Of a DNA stretch of 45,261 nucleotides, positions 45,139 through 45,261 are shown in pieces; position 1 is the stretch's first letter, and each line of letters begins with the position of its first letter. The DNA lies in IMG/VR virus record IMGVR_UViG_3300032269_000993, positions 1 to 45,261 of that record, one strand, 5' to 3'. Under the pieces are notes generated by a model, which searched no databases, was not told the DNA's origin, and was given only the letters and a program-made list of their open reading frames with translations. A program made the position numbers and the translations under genes. The stretch is from a virus (lineage: Duplodnaviria > Caudoviricetes).

Positions 45139-45261
45139 ACATTGTTTAACTGTGTGGTACAAAGGGAGCTTATGGCACCCCATGACTGAGTCTGTGCGTT
45201 CCAAGTTGTACAGTCTTCTAAGTAGATTAAGGCACCGCTCACCAATGTAGCCGTTGAAGCA
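45139..45261. repeat. Terminal direct repeat, right copy (123 bp)
   Basis: Identical to 1-123. Confidence 0.97.

Overview
The window appears to be a complete tailed-phage genome with myovirus-type (contractile tail) architecture, assembled as a circle. Bases 1-123 repeat exactly at 45139-45261, giving a unit length of 45,138 bp, and the join falls inside a ~1,418-aa tail fibre gene. The minus strand carries the virion arm: terminase, DUF1073-like portal, MuF, DUF2213-like protease/scaffold, capsid, neck, sheath, tube, a frameshifted tail chaperone, tape measure, baseplate and an expanded set of fibre genes. The plus strand carries the early, replication and lysis arm: HTH protein, SF3-type helicase, family A DNA polymerase, many small ORFs, a lipoprotein zincin, methylglyoxal synthase (mgsA), an SSB-like protein, a RecE-like nuclease, HNH, DUF5664 and a GH24 lysozyme. 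Two plus-strand islands interrupt the virion arm (14.2-15.07 kb and 23.45-25.5 kb). I saw no integrase, tRNA, CRISPR array or reverse transcriptase. The most interesting signals are non-coding: (1) two diverged copies of a promoter plus multi-hairpin leader RNA with compensatory stem changes (32.29-32.52 kb and 36.64-36.86 kb), next to an unannotated Arg-rich peptide, suggesting an RNA-based antitermination or regulatory system; (2) two homologous origin-like elements with ACTGTGA repeats 13 kb apart; (3) two short antisense promoter-terminator cassettes in front of the helicase and polymerase genes. Product calls come from motif recognition and synteny by eye, with no database searches.
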